A DNA stretch of 54,253 bases from Methanobacterium sp. (GCA_036803605.1 DAIRTZ010000001.1:1-54253); one strand, 5' to 3'; positions 10,936-21,905 are shown, numbered from the stretch's first letter. The notes: generated by a model not told the origin, from the sequence alone. A program made the numbers and translations.

Positions 10936-12111
10936 CTAATCGAATTTGCGTAGAACATTATCTAATGTACTAATTACGGTATCTATTTGGGTTTTACTAA
11001 TCACAAGTGGTGGTACGAACCTTAAAACATTTCCTGCAGCACAATTTACTATTATACCGTTTTCTCTAAGGTCATCTACTAGTTTCCCACATTCTGAACC
11101 TAATTCCATACCTATCATTAACCCTATGCCTCGAACATCTTTAACTATACTGTTATTTTCTTTTATTTCATTGAGTTTCTTCTGGAAGTATGCTCCGTTT
11201 TCTTTGGATCTTTCAAGTAGATTTTCATCGATAATGAAGTTTATTGTAGCCATTGCTGCGGCACATGCAAGGGGGTTACCACCAAATGTGGCAGCATGAT
11301 CTCCCGGCTGGAATGTTCCTGCGACATCGTTATTTGCCATAACCGCACCCATTGGAAATCCTCCAGCAATCGCCTTTGCAAGTGTACTTATGTCAGGTGT
11401 CACACCAAAACTCTGTGATGCAAACATCTCACCAGTACGTCCGAAACCTGTCTGTACTTCATCAAATATAAGGAGAATATTGTTATCATTACATAGTTCC
11501 TTGAGATTCTTAAGATAATTTTTGGGAGGTACAATGACACCTCCTTCTCCTTGCACAGGTTCTATTAGTACTGCCGCTGTTTTGCGACTAATTGTCTCTG
11601 CAATTTCTTCGATATCACCGTATGGGATGTGTATAAATCCTGGTGTTAATGGTCCAAATCCTTTTTGGTACTTGATCTGGCCAGTAGCAGTTATGGTGGT
11701 AATTGTTCTCCCATGGAAGGAATTTTTCATTGCTATTATTTCACCCTTTCCAGTATGTTTTCGAGCAAGCTTTATTGCTCCCTCGTTTGCTTCAGCACCA
11801 CTATTACAGAAAAAGACTTTTTGGTGAGGTGAAACCTCTGCCAGTAGTTTTGCAAGTGTAACTTGCTCCTCTGTATAATACAAGTTGGAGGTGTGAATGA
11901 GCTTTTTTGCCTGATTACAAATTGCTTCGGCTACTTTAGGGTTTGCGTGACCTACATTGTTTACTGCAATTCCTGCAACACAGTCTATGTAAGATTTCCC
12001 CTCAGCATCCCAAACAACTGATCCTTCACCCTTTACAAGGGCCAGCGGCTGACGGCCGTATGTTTGCATAACATATTCTGAGTCCATATCCATAATTTCT
12101 TTTGTATTCAT
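10936..12111 (-). CDS. argD: Acetylornithine aminotransferase
   Basis: [27 protein letters not shown] and LAKAIAGG motifs. Confidence 0.93.
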   Translation of the reverse strand: MNTKEIMDMDSEYVMQTYGRQPLALVKGEGSVVWDAEGKSYIDCVAGIAVNNVGHANPKVAEAICNQAKKLIHTSNLYYTEEQVTLAKLLAEVSPHQKVFFCNSGAEANEGAIKLARKHTGKGEIIAMKNSFHGRTITTITATGQIKYQKGFGPLTPGFIHIPYGDIEEIAETISRKTAAVLIEPVQGEGGVIVPPKNYLKNLKELCNDNNILLIFDEVQTGFGRTGEMFASQSFGVTPDISTLAKAIAGGFPMGAVMANNDVAGTFQPGDHAATFGGNPLACAAAMATINFIIDENLLERSKENGAYFQKKLNEIKENNSIVKDVRGIGLMIGMELGSECGKLVDDLRENGIIVNCAAGNVLRFVPPLVISKTQIDTVISTLDNVLRKFD

Positions 12112-12330
12112 TTAATCACCTTAAAGTCTGATAAATTTGTTTAATCAATGTAATTCCTATCTCATGATTATTTTTAATATAAAAAATCCTTTTCATAAAA
12201 CAAGGGTTAATTCCTATAGTTAATTATTTGGATTTCATGGTTTATTAAACGTTTTTATCATATGAAAGACTTGATTAAGAATGAGATATAAATTTTATAA
12301 CAATTAAAATCATTTGATAAAGGTGATAAA

Positions 12331-12756
12331 ATGAAAAAGGCAATAATTGAAACAGATAAAGGAAACATAGAACTTACTCTTTTCGACAAAGAAGCACCAA
12401 ATACTGTTGCAAATTTTGAAAAACTAGCAAATGATGGATTCTACAATGGATTGACATTTCACAGGGTTTTACCGAATTTTGTTATACAAGGTGGGTGCCC
12501 TAAGGGTAACGGAACCGGAGGACCGGGGTATACTATAAAATGCGAGATAAATGAGCATAAACATGGTACTGGTGCCATTTCAATGGCTCATGCTGGTAAA
12601 GATACTGGGGGAAGTCAATTCTTCATTACACACAGTCCTCAGCCACATCTAGATGGTGTGCACACTGTTTTCGGTAAAGTTGTTAAGGGAATGGATGTTG
12701 TAAACAAGATCCAAGCCAATGACGTCATGAACAAGGTGGCAGTCGTAGAAGAATAG
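12331..12756 (+). CDS. Cyclophilin-type peptidyl-prolyl cis-trans isomerase
   Basis: [19 protein letters not shown] and GSQFFI motifs. Confidence 0.96.
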   Translation: MKKAIIETDKGNIELTLFDKEAPNTVANFEKLANDGFYNGLTFHRVLPNFVIQGGCPKGNGTGGPGYTIKCEINEHKHGTGAISMAHAGKDTGGSQFFITHSPQPHLDGVHTVFGKVVKGMDVVNKIQANDVMNKVAVVEE

Positions 12757-12798
12757 ATTAATATTGAATTAATTTATTTTTTTTAATTATCATAAAAT

Positions 12799-13095
12799 TT
12801 AATATAATAATCTTTTTAAGGCAATTGCATAAATATTCGCAATTGCCACTGCAAAGTTAACATCTAACGTATTATAATCTTTTTTAGGATTTCCAAGCAC
12901 GATCTGGCCAAGGATATTTTCATCGAATTTAACCAAAGACGAAGCCAACTATCAACTTCTCTACAGAATGCTTCGGAGCTGTTGGTACGCATTGGACATT
13001 CCAGCAATATTTCTCTTCAAGGCCCTATAAGATTTTTATAATGTTTTTGAGATAATTTCCTAGAATTCCTCAAGGTTATCGGATATTCATGACAT
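12799..13095 (-). pseudogene. Degraded GAF-domain-like gene remnant
   Basis: GGTGA RBS plus ATG at 13095 followed by early stops and frameshifts; the last frame reads [45 protein letters not shown], resembling a GAF C-terminus. Confidence 0.5.
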
Positions 13096-13124
13096 TAAAT
13101 CACCTAATCATGATTATTTTTTTA

Positions 13125-14126
13125 TCACAACTTATTTTTTTTTATAGAATCTATAAGACCGGATTTCCTTGCGTAGTGAAACATGTAAAGTTGTACATAA
13201 CCCGCATAATCACCAAATTTTTCCATTCCAAATAAACGTGCTTTAGGTGGTTTAATTTCATTCCCATTAAAATAAAGCTCGGATATAATACGTCCTATCC
13301 AAACATCCACGGGGAATGCTTTTCCATATCCAAATCCATATAATAAAATACAGTCGGCAACTTTGGGACCGACTCCAGGTAATTCAAGCAGAGAATTGTA
13401 AGCATCTTCATAACTCTTATCAGAAAGTGTATCGATATTAATTTTATTTTTAACCATTTCAGCGGCATTTATAATAAATTTGGCCCTGTAACCCACTCCA
13501 CAGCTCTTTAGATTTTTATTGAATACAAAATCAGTTGGAAAATGATCTTCACTACGTTGCATTTCCTCAAGATCATGTTCAGGTACCATTCTCAGAATTT
13601 CTGGAGATGGAAAAGTGTAGAATGTGTCTGAATTAAATCTATACTTTTTACCCCATTTCAATTTAATATCGTTGATGGATCTATTCCAACGTATAATAGA
13701 ACAATTAGCAGAGGATATAGAGGATATGATACATTCAAAAGGATTATGTGCTTTAAATAGTCTTAAACCCCTGCAGAAATCAATAGTAGGCTCAAGTTTA
13801 GGATCTTTCCTTAAAAAATCGTTTAGATCATTTAGATCATCTTTCAAACCTAAAATTTCCATTACAGATGCTCTGATTAATTCTTCTTCTATATATTCCT
13901 CTGATTCTGCAGCGATTTCGAGGGGCGCTAAATCATGAGGTTCCTGTCTGACTTTAATAAGACATTGATCCCCAGCTATTTCAATTAGTTCAAGGAAATA
14001 GCCATCTTTATGGAGCCAAGCGGGTTGGGAAGTTTGACCACTTTTAATGGTCAAATCAAGGTCAAAATCACCTTTATACTCCTGAGAATCAATTAAAAAT
14101 CTAGTTTCATAATTTCGTATATCCAT
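13125..14126 (-). CDS. ogg: 8-oxoguanine DNA glycosylase (HhH-GPD)
   Basis: [26 protein letters not shown] and FPVDVWI motifs; start moved to ATG 14126 (MDIRN) because the upstream extension is low-complexity. Confidence 0.9.
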   Translation of the reverse strand: MDIRNYETRFLIDSQEYKGDFDLDLTIKSGQTSQPAWLHKDGYFLELIEIAGDQCLIKVRQEPHDLAPLEIAAESEEYIEEELIRASVMEILGLKDDLNDLNDFLRKDPKLEPTIDFCRGLRLFKAHNPFECIISSISSANCSIIRWNRSINDIKLKWGKKYRFNSDTFYTFPSPEILRMVPEHDLEEMQRSEDHFPTDFVFNKNLKSCGVGYRAKFIINAAEMVKNKINIDTLSDKSYEDAYNSLLELPGVGPKVADCILLYGFGYGKAFPVDVWIGRIISELYFNGNEIKPPKARLFGMEKFGDYAGYVQLYMFHYARKSGLIDSIKKNKL

Positions 14127-14274
14127 GTTTATATTATTAAAATTTGTAATTTTTATAATTTTCAATTTTATTATAATGTGAAAAACAAAAAAAAATTTGA
14201 TATCATCCAATATTTGAGGAGTAGAATATTTTTCAGCGATTGTACAACTCGGGATTTAAATTTATTATCAGATC

Positions 14275-15225
14275 TTAATCCAGTTCAACTTCATTAATAC
14301 CGAATTTAAGCTTTTTCTTGTTGATCCACATGAATCCTTTATCAGGGGTTATGACTGCAACATCTATTGGGCCTCCAACACCAGGCATATCTCCAGGATC
14401 AGCATTTATTCCGTCGGAGAACCTCTGCATTGCAGATGTTGTTTGAATCATCAGGGTGCAGAAGTCGATTCCATCTTGTAAAGTCATGGTTCCCCATTGT
14501 ATTGCATATTCAAGACTTTTCAACTCTTCAAATATCATTGACTCTCCTTGGATTAGCATGGCATCTTTGGCAAATGGAACATTGGATATCCTCCCATCAA
14601 ATCCTAGAACTATTCTTGAAACCACATCACCTTGTCCGATCCAAGAACTACCATATTCATTATTTTTATCCTCACTATCTCGTCTTTTCTGGATTTCACC
14701 AGGAATATAACAGCCGTATACTTGATGTGAACCATTTTTATTGTAGCCAGCAACCAAGAGTTCGATCATATCCACTCCAGCTAGACCTTCCTCCAATCCA
14801 CCTTGAGGATTTTCAAAACTGAATGAGATATTATAAGGATTTTTTTCGATGTTTAATAATTTACAACCCTTCATTTGGAGGTCATTTTTAATGTTTTCAA
14901 CAGCCATATCAAGTTGATCCTTCCACTGATATTTTTCATCGAAGAGCTGATGTAGTTCTATTGATACATCTTCAACGTCCATATCTTCTATTCCAGGGCC
15001 TCTTTTGAATTCCTCTATGAATTTACTCAGATTTTTTAGGACTCCACCTTCTTCCAGAAATGCGAGGCCGGTTATTCCAATACCTATTCTGCTGTTGATC
15101 TGAAAAAGCTTTAAAGCATTATCGCTTCCTATACGGGCCATTCCCTTCAGGTTACGGTAAGTTTGTCTGCTATCTGCAGCCAGAACGATTCCTTCAGGCG
15201 TGGTAGTGTTTATTACAAGTGACAT
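14275..15225 (-). CDS. Uncharacterised proteasome-beta-like Ntn hydrolase
   Basis: M-S-LVI..EGIVLAADSR, KLFQINSRIGIGITG, LLVAGY, WIGQG and GGPIDVAVIT follow the proteasome beta/HslV motif order; AGGAG RBS. Confidence 0.75.
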   Translation of the reverse strand: MSLVINTTTPEGIVLAADSRQTYRNLKGMARIGSDNALKLFQINSRIGIGITGLAFLEEGGVLKNLSKFIEEFKRGPGIEDMDVEDVSIELHQLFDEKYQWKDQLDMAVENIKNDLQMKGCKLLNIEKNPYNISFSFENPQGGLEEGLAGVDMIELLVAGYNKNGSHQVYGCYIPGEIQKRRDSEDKNNEYGSSWIGQGDVVSRIVLGFDGRISNVPFAKDAMLIQGESMIFEELKSLEYAIQWGTMTLQDGIDFCTLMIQTTSAMQRFSDGINADPGDMPGVGGPIDVAVITPDKGFMWINKKKLKFGINEVELD

Positions 15226-15393
15226 GATCCAACTCCTTTTCTTTCTCTTTAACGTTTCAGTTATTATCTATCTTCTATTAATTAAAATGTGTTTGGAATT
15301 ACTTACAAAATTTTCTTATTAATATATTTAGTTTTAAATAAAGAATAATAACTATCAAAATTTATAGCTTAAATTAGTTATAACTGCATATAA

Positions 15394-16089
15394 TTACCAA
15401 ATTCCTGGAATTAATCTGTATCTAACTTTCTTTTTATACTCCGGATATCCTTCTAATTCATCGACCAACATTTTTTCTTCACCTATAATACGTGCTATGA
15501 ATAATAGGGATAAAAATGAACCAATTATTAATCCATAAAACGAACCCAATAATATTGGACTTCCTAAAAATAGCATTATTCCTCCTAAATACATTGGATG
15601 TCTTACAAATCCATAAACTCCTGTTGAAATTACTTTTTGGTCTCTTTCTGATTGTATCCTGACCAGTGGTGATACAAAGCTATTGTCCTTGAAGGATCTA
15701 AATAAAAAAAATGCCGAACCAATTAATAGTACGAATCCGATGGTTTCTAACCATAAAGGAAAGTTAACTGTCCAATTAAATCTTTGAGCATCTAAAGGCA
15801 TGATAATAAACCAGATTATGAAGCTAGGTAACAATATATAAATAAAATATTTATCCCATCCTTTTTCCTCACCACTTCCTGGTTTTCTATACCTTTCGTC
15901 TAGGAGTGTGGGGTCATAGAGATAAAGATAAATTATTGTGGTGTAGCACAATCCTAAAAACCAGATACTAAATATCCATCCTTGAATCCAGTACAGGTTC
16001 CCTGAGATAAATAGAAGTAAAGCAGGGAAAATAAGGATGTAAATAAAAGTTAGAAATAGTTTGATTGATGATATTTTTTGACTTTCCAT
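15394..16089 (-). CDS. Isoprenylcysteine carboxyl methyltransferase/PEMT family membrane protein
   Basis: VISTGVYGFVRHPMY, EEKML and YRLIPGIW motifs; multiple TM helices. Confidence 0.9.
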   Translation of the reverse strand: MESQKISSIKLFLTFIYILIFPALLLFISGNLYWIQGWIFSIWFLGLCYTTIIYLYLYDPTLLDERYRKPGSGEEKGWDKYFIYILLPSFIIWFIIMPLDAQRFNWTVNFPLWLETIGFVLLIGSAFFLFRSFKDNSFVSPLVRIQSERDQKVISTGVYGFVRHPMYLGGIMLFLGSPILLGSFYGLIIGSFLSLLFIARIIGEEKMLVDELEGYPEYKKKVRYRLIPGIW

Positions 16090-16330
16090 GAATATAACTC
16101 ATTGTCCAAATTTTTACTAAATAATCCAGAGGAGTACTTTATTATGATTTTAGGGATACTTAATAGATTTGAAATAAATTCAAAAAAAATTTAATTTTAT
16201 TTATTATATCCTGAAATAAAAATGTATCAAACAAATAATTGACTAAAGATAGTTAAAACAATAAAAAGAAGATAAGGTGTTTAGAGTTATAAATAATTTA
16301 AAATAGAATAAGTCGATATTTTTGCTATCA

Positions 16331-16846
16331 CTATATAGAGCTACTCATCAGATTTCCAGATTTGATGTATGAGTCCAGCTTTTGACTAATGTGTCTGTAT
16401 ATTTCTTTTGTAACACCAACATTCCTAATAAAATCATTTGAATATTTTATGTCTCCTCTCCTGGGGTTGTCCTGCCTCATCACGTACATACAGATTGCTG
16501 TTATAATCATAAGAGGATCTGTTTTTCTACCCTTTCCTCCACGGTACAGCTTTCTGAAATCTACTTTGGATATTATCTCCCTAGCTCGGTCTTTCTGACC
16601 TCCACCAACAGGTAATAAAACCTCGTTTCCTTCCTCTCTTTTAGTTAAAACCAGTGTAGGGCTGTGGCCTGTCATCATAAAATTACTTGCAATTACACTC
16701 AGTTGTGCTAGTTTTTCATTTAAACGAAAGTCTTCTTCGGCAGTTTTTTGATCATAAGGTTTGAACTTCTCATATTTTTTTATTTTATTGCCTATTCTAT
16801 CGATTTTTGCTTTATCATCAAGAAAAATATGTTTTCGTTTTTTCAA
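16331..16846 (-). CDS. Hypothetical basic protein with a possible TFIIB/cyclin-like C-terminal fold
   Basis: GGGGA RBS best spaced to TTG 16846; C-terminal half resembles one TFB repeat (see findings). Confidence 0.7.
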   Translation of the reverse strand: MKKRKHIFLDDKAKIDRIGNKIKKYEKFKPYDQKTAEEDFRLNEKLAQLSVIASNFMMTGHSPTLVLTKREEGNEVLLPVGGGQKDRAREIISKVDFRKLYRGGKGRKTDPLMIITAICMYVMRQDNPRRGDIKYSNDFIRNVGVTKEIYRHISQKLDSYIKSGNLMSSSI

Positions 16847-17533
16847 TTTCAATCCCCTATAACTCTCTTTTTTTATATTTTTAGATTTGCAAGATTTATA
16901 AGGTTGTGGAATTATCTTGAAAATTTATTGAAATGATAAAACATAGACCAAAACATCGTTGAAAATCAGTAAATAGTAGTATAATTGATTTGTAGTTATA
17001 TAAAATTGATATGTTAAGGTAATTCTTTATTAATTAAATAATACTACCGTAAATCCAATTTCGCTTTTTTATAATCTCTATTTATAAATTGATTATATCC
17101 AAATCTCCAGAGTTTATCCTATATTCCTCTGCATAATTCAATATTTATCATTTTGACGTCTAAAATGCAGTTATTATTCATATTATTACTATATATTTAA
17201 TGTAAAGTTCTTTTTCAACATTATATATTCCATTAAACGAGTCATTATACCCTAGACGGCAGAATTCGAAAGTTTAATTAGTCAGATTCTTCATCTAATT
17301 TAATAAAATTTGGACCATAGATCTTCTGGAGTGTCTTGTCCATTAATTCAATACTTCAACAGACCCCCAAAGCCATTATGGGCATGTCTTGTGTTGTTCT
17401 TTTTTGGGTTTTGTTTAAAGTGGTTTGAATAAGCCCCATTATCTTCAAGACCCCATTTAGGATTCTACTTTACAATATTATAAGCCTCTAAATGTAAAAG
17501 ATCTTTTAGTTTCATTAATTTTACCAGTTTTTT

Positions 17534-18097
17534 TTATTTTAAATCTGAATGTCTGAAACAATCTACAGTATGATCATTTACCATGCCAACGGCCTGCATG
17601 AAAGCGTAGCATATGGTAGGGCCCACGAACTTAAAACCTCTTTTTTTTAGGTCAGAACTCATTTGTTCTGATTCTATTGTAGATGAAGGTATTTCTGCCA
17701 TGGTATTCCATCTATTCTGAATTGGTTTTCCTCCTACGAACTTCCAAATGTAATTATCGAAGTTTCCAAATTCCCTTTGAATTTCCTCTACACCCTTGGC
17801 ATTGGTTACTGCAGAACGAATTTTGAGCTGATTACGTACTATACCTGGATTTTCTCGTAGAATTTCTATTTTTTGGTCGTTGTAAGAAGCAATTTTTCCC
17901 AGATCGAAATTGTCGAATGCTTTCCTATAATTTTTTCGTTTCTTAAGTATGGTGGTCCAGCTTAAACCTGCTTGTGCTCCTTCTAATATTAAAAATTCAA
18001 AAAGAAGATGATCATCATGTACGGGGACTCCCCATTCCTTGTCGTGATATTGCATCATTAATGGATCATCTTTTACCCATGGGCATCGTATTTTCAT
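17534..18097 (-). CDS. tag: DNA-3-methyladenine glycosylase I
   Basis: RCPW, YHDKEWG, LEGAQAGLSW, FKFVGPTI and VNDHTVDC motifs. Confidence 0.96.
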   Translation of the reverse strand: MKIRCPWVKDDPLMMQYHDKEWGVPVHDDHLLFEFLILEGAQAGLSWTTILKKRKNYRKAFDNFDLGKIASYNDQKIEILRENPGIVRNQLKIRSAVTNAKGVEEIQREFGNFDNYIWKFVGGKPIQNRWNTMAEIPSSTIESEQMSSDLKKRGFKFVGPTICYAFMQAVGMVNDHTVDCFRHSDLK

Positions 18098-18274
18098 AGT
18101 TTTATATTTAAATTTGATTCATATTTATTTTACTCATATGGATTAAAATTTTATCAAAAAGCCATTAAACATTTTACGATTTCATTAACCTAATTAAAAA
18201 ATTTTATATTTTCTTAAATTCATATAATAAACTAATTAGATTAGGGAAAATTTAAGAATTTTGGAAGATTAAAA

Positions 18275-18886
18275 ATGACAAATTTAACGGATGGAAAATT
18301 GGAATTATTGACAGATATGAATAGCGTTTTGGTTTTAATAGATTACCAGCCGACTATGATTAAGAGTGTTTCATCGAGTGATAAGAATATTATTAAGAAT
18401 GCAGCTATATATGCGGCTAAAGCAGCTAATATATTGGAAGTTCCTGTTGTTCTCTCATCTATTAATCCACAAACTAATGGAGATATTTTTCCCGAAATTA
18501 CTGGACTTTTTCCTAATCAAGAGATTTTTGCAAGAAAAGTTCCAAGTTTTGATGCCTTTGAGGATGAAAAGACCTATAATGCGGTTAAGAGAACAAATAG
18601 GAATAAATTAGTGATTTCAGGATTATGGACCAGTATGTGCTTTACATATACAGCCCTTCATGGTATCAAAGAAGGATATGAAGTTTATGGTTTAATTGAT
18701 GCTGCAGGCGATTCTACTGTAGATGCCCATAATTATGGTGTTAAAAGGATGTTACAAGCAGGAGTAATTCCTATTACACTTGAATCATTAGTCTCAGAAT
18801 GGATGCATGATTGGAACAATCCAAAATCAGGAGAGTTAGTAGAAAACGTATATTCAAAGTATGGTGCTATGATAGGGCTTAAATAA
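18275..18886 (+). CDS. Isochorismatase-family cysteine hydrolase (YcaC-like)
   Basis: LIDYQP and GLWTSMC catalytic motifs, EWMHDW. Confidence 0.88.
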   Translation: MTNLTDGKLELLTDMNSVLVLIDYQPTMIKSVSSSDKNIIKNAAIYAAKAANILEVPVVLSSINPQTNGDIFPEITGLFPNQEIFARKVPSFDAFEDEKTYNAVKRTNRNKLVISGLWTSMCFTYTALHGIKEGYEVYGLIDAAGDSTVDAHNYGVKRMLQAGVIPITLESLVSEWMHDWNNPKSGELVENVYSKYGAMIGLK

Positions 18887-18923
18887 AAAAATAAGTTTTT
18901 AGTAAAAAAAATATTATATTTTT

Positions 18924-19748
18924 TCAATATCGTACAAGAATTCCACGTCTTTTCAAATATTCCTTCACCACTTGCACCGGGTATTCATTAAAATGGAATA
19001 TGCTTGCAGCCAATGCAGCATCTGCTTTACCAATTTCAAATGCATCATATATATGTTCAGGGTTTCCAACCCCCCCAGATGCGATAACCGGTATGTCTAG
19101 GTTTTCGCTCATTGTTCGGGTAAGTTCAAGGTCGTATCCATCTTTAGTTCCGTCACGGTCCATACTGGTCAAGAGTATTTCTCCTGCTCCCCGTTCCTGA
19201 CATTCTATTGCCCATGCTATGGCATCTATACCTGTAAATTCACGGCCACCGTATATGCTGCAATCAAACCAACAGTAACCCTTCTGTGTTTCTATGACTA
19301 TTTTGTCAGATTTTTCTCCAGGGTTATCCACATATCTACGCTTGGCATCTATGCCAATGACGCATGCCTGAGATCCAACTACTTTAGATGCTTCGTTTAT
19401 GAGATCAGGATTTTGTATGGCTGCTGTGTTAGTTGAACATTTATCTGCACCGGCCCGGAGCATGTTAACATAATCTGCAGGTTTTCTAATACCTCCACCA
19501 ACACATATTGGCACGAAAACATTTTCAGTAGTGGCTTTGATTACCTCGGCCATAGTTTCTCTTCTTTCGTGAGATGCTGTTATATCCAGAAATACTATTT
19601 CATCTGCACCATCTTCGTAGTAACGTGTTGCAAGTTCCACAGGTTCGCCTGCATACCTTATTTGTTTGAACTCAATACCTTTAACAACCCTACCATGTGG
19701 TACATTAAGATCACAGTCAAGACAGGGTATGATTCTTTTAGCCAGCAT
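18924..19748 (-). CDS. hisF: Imidazole glycerol phosphate synthase cyclase subunit
   Basis: [29 protein letters not shown] and ALAASIFH motifs. Confidence 0.97.
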   Translation of the reverse strand: MLAKRIIPCLDCDLNVPHGRVVKGIEFKQIRYAGEPVELATRYYEDGADEIVFLDITASHERRETMAEVIKATTENVFVPICVGGGIRKPADYVNMLRAGADKCSTNTAAIQNPDLINEASKVVGSQACVIGIDAKRRYVDNPGEKSDKIVIETQKGYCWFDCSIYGGREFTGIDAIAWAIECQERGAGEILLTSMDRDGTKDGYDLELTRTMSENLDIPVIASGGVGNPEHIYDAFEIGKADAALAASIFHFNEYPVQVVKEYLKRRGILVRY

Positions 19749-19993
19749 TTTTACCTCATTTAAGTAATCATTCAGACTTTAAATTTTTTTATTAAGATAT
19801 TCAATGTTTCAATAACTTTCATTTAAGATTAAAGAATTCCATGTAGATAACTTTATCTCGAATATAACATAACCATTTTTAAGTAGAAGGATCAAAAGTT
19901 CGATGTTGTTTTATACAATTTTATAACAAAGAACAGATAAATAAGTAAATAGAACATTTAGAAATAAATTAATTTCAAAAGCTTTGATAAATT

Positions 19994-20071
<78 letters not shown>

Positions 20072-20217
20072 AAATAAATTTTTACATATTATTAATGATT
20101 TAAAAAATCAATATTATTTTTAACTTTTACTTAAATGCCCTAATATTACTTTTGTGTAATTTAGATGATGTTAAATCTTCTTTAGCAAAAACTATAAATT
20201 ATTCGCTATGACATATT

Positions 20218-20233
20218 ATTAACAATTGTTAAT
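20218..20233. promoter_or_regulatory. Perfect 16-bp palindrome, candidate repressor operator
   Basis: ATTAACAATTGTTAAT about 20 bp downstream of a TATA-like CTATAAAT (20192-20199), upstream of the dioxygenase gene. Confidence 0.5.
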
Positions 20234-20337
20234 GATCAATTTAGAAATGAAATTAAAAAAGTAATTTTTTGGGAATCGTATTAATTGAACAAAATAAATT
20301 GATTTTGTCCTACAAAACCGAGTTAAGGTGAAAAATA

Positions 20338-21126
20338 ATGACTAATGACTCGTTGCCAACATTATTCATATCTCATGGTGCTCCTACTTTACCAATTGAA
20401 GATATTCCTGCAAGAAAATTTTTAGAGGAACTTGGAAAGAAATATAGGGAAGTTAAAGCAGTACTATGCATATCAGCGCATTGGATGACTATAAATCCCA
20501 CAGTAAATGTTGTTGAAAAACACGAAACTATCCATGATTTTTATGGATTTCCTCAAGAACTTTACCAGTTAGAGTATCCTGCAAGAGGTGAAGTGGAACT
20601 TGCAAAAAATACAGCTGCAATGATTGTTGATTCTGGATTTCCCTGTGAAATTGACCATACTCGTGGATTGGATCATGGTGCTTGGGTTCCAATGATGCTC
20701 ATGTATCCTGAGGCAGATGTACCTGTTTTCCAGCTTTCGATACAACAGCACATGGAACCTGAGAAACATCATGCATTGGGCAGGGCCATAGAATCCCTGC
20801 GCTATGAAGGAGTTTTAATATTGGGGAGTGGTGGTGCTGTTCACCCATTAGGATATGCTCCACTTAGACCGGGTTTAGAAACTGATCAATGGGCACTTGA
20901 TTTTGATTCATGGCTCACAAAATCAGTTGAACATGGTGATGAAGATGCAATTAAAAATTATAGTAAGGTTTCGCCTTATCCTGAAAGAGCTCATCCATAT
21001 CCTGATCATTTTATGCCCCTCCTCACTTCAATGGGTGCAGCCGGAGAAGGTGCAAAGGGGAAGATAATTCACCACAGCTGGTACTGGGGGGACTTGGGAA
21101 TGGGTGCATATGAATTCACAATTTAA
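20338..21126 (+). CDS. LigB/DODA-type (YgiD-like) class III extradiol dioxygenase family protein
   Basis: FISHGAP, ISAHW, IHDFYGFP, RGLDHGAWVP, GSGGAVH and AHPYPDHFMPL motifs. Confidence 0.92.
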   Translation: MTNDSLPTLFISHGAPTLPIEDIPARKFLEELGKKYREVKAVLCISAHWMTINPTVNVVEKHETIHDFYGFPQELYQLEYPARGEVELAKNTAAMIVDSGFPCEIDHTRGLDHGAWVPMMLMYPEADVPVFQLSIQQHMEPEKHHALGRAIESLRYEGVLILGSGGAVHPLGYAPLRPGLETDQWALDFDSWLTKSVEHGDEDAIKNYSKVSPYPERAHPYPDHFMPLLTSMGAAGEGAKGKIIHHSWYWGDLGMGAYEFTI

Positions 21127-21182
21127 AAGGAACTTAATAGCGATTTATAGATATAACTCATTAACTGAAGAGGTAAAGGGAA

Positions 21183-21905
21183 ATGACAAATAATGGAAAT
21201 TTTAGGATTCGAATATTGAAAGACGGACCTTATATTGTTTCAGGAGGAGTGCCACTTATCAAACAGGGAATAGGCACTGATGAAGAGGGTAATTCATATC
21301 AATGGAGTATGGAGGTCACTTATCCTTTGAAAGATACCTATTCTCTTTGTCGATGCGGGAAGTCTAAAAACAAACCATTTTGTGATGGTACTCATTTAAA
21401 GATAAATTTTGATGGAACTGAAACTGCCAGTAAGAAGCCTTACATGGCCGAAGCGATAGAAACTGATGGGCCTATTTTAACATTAACAGATGTTTGGCCT
21501 TTATGTGACCATTCACGTTTTTGCCAACGTGCCGGGGGTATAAGGGAGCTAATTGCTAAGTCAGATAATCCTGAAGCTAAGAAACTGGCCATTGAACAGG
21601 GAAAAAACTGTCCTTCTGGCAGGTTGGTTGTTTGGGATAAAGAAACAGGTAAAGCATTAGAACCGGAATTTGAACCGTCCATTTCAATGATTCATGATCC
21701 TCAGAAAAAGTGTGAAGGGCCTATATGGGTGAGGGGAGGTATTCCAGTAGAATCATCTGATGGAACTATCTATGAAGTACGTAACAGGGTTACACTCTGC
21801 CAATGTGGTAAATCTGAAAACAAACCATTTTGCGATGGTAGTCACTGGCTTTCCAAGGAACAGATGGAGGAATGGCGGACAAAATGGGATAAAAATGAGG
21901 ATTAA
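21183..21905 (+). CDS. CDGSH iron-sulfur domain protein (two CDGSH motifs around a divergent ferredoxin-like domain)
   Basis: LCRCGKSKNKPFCDGTH and LCQCGKSENKPFCDGSH; central CDHSRFC..CPSGRL. Confidence 0.92.
   Translation: MTNNGNFRIRILKDGPYIVSGGVPLIKQGIGTDEEGNSYQWSMEVTYPLKDTYSLCRCGKSKNKPFCDGTHLKINFDGTETASKKPYMAEAIETDGPILTLTDVWPLCDHSRFCQRAGGIRELIAKSDNPEAKKLAIEQGKNCPSGRLVVWDKETGKALEPEFEPSISMIHDPQKKCEGPIWVRGGIPVESSDGTIYEVRNRVTLCQCGKSENKPFCDGSHWLSKEQMEEWRTKWDKNED

Noticed and set aside
14275..15225. Canonical proteasome beta subunit or Connectase
   Set aside because: Lacks the propeptide/GTTT and GSG of PsmB and is much longer; it does not match the Connectase N-terminal pattern as I recall it, though a profile search is needed to confirm
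16868..16941. Long imperfect hairpin upstream of the TFB-like gene
   Set aside because: Almost all A/U and G.U pairs with several bulges; likely chance in AT-rich DNA
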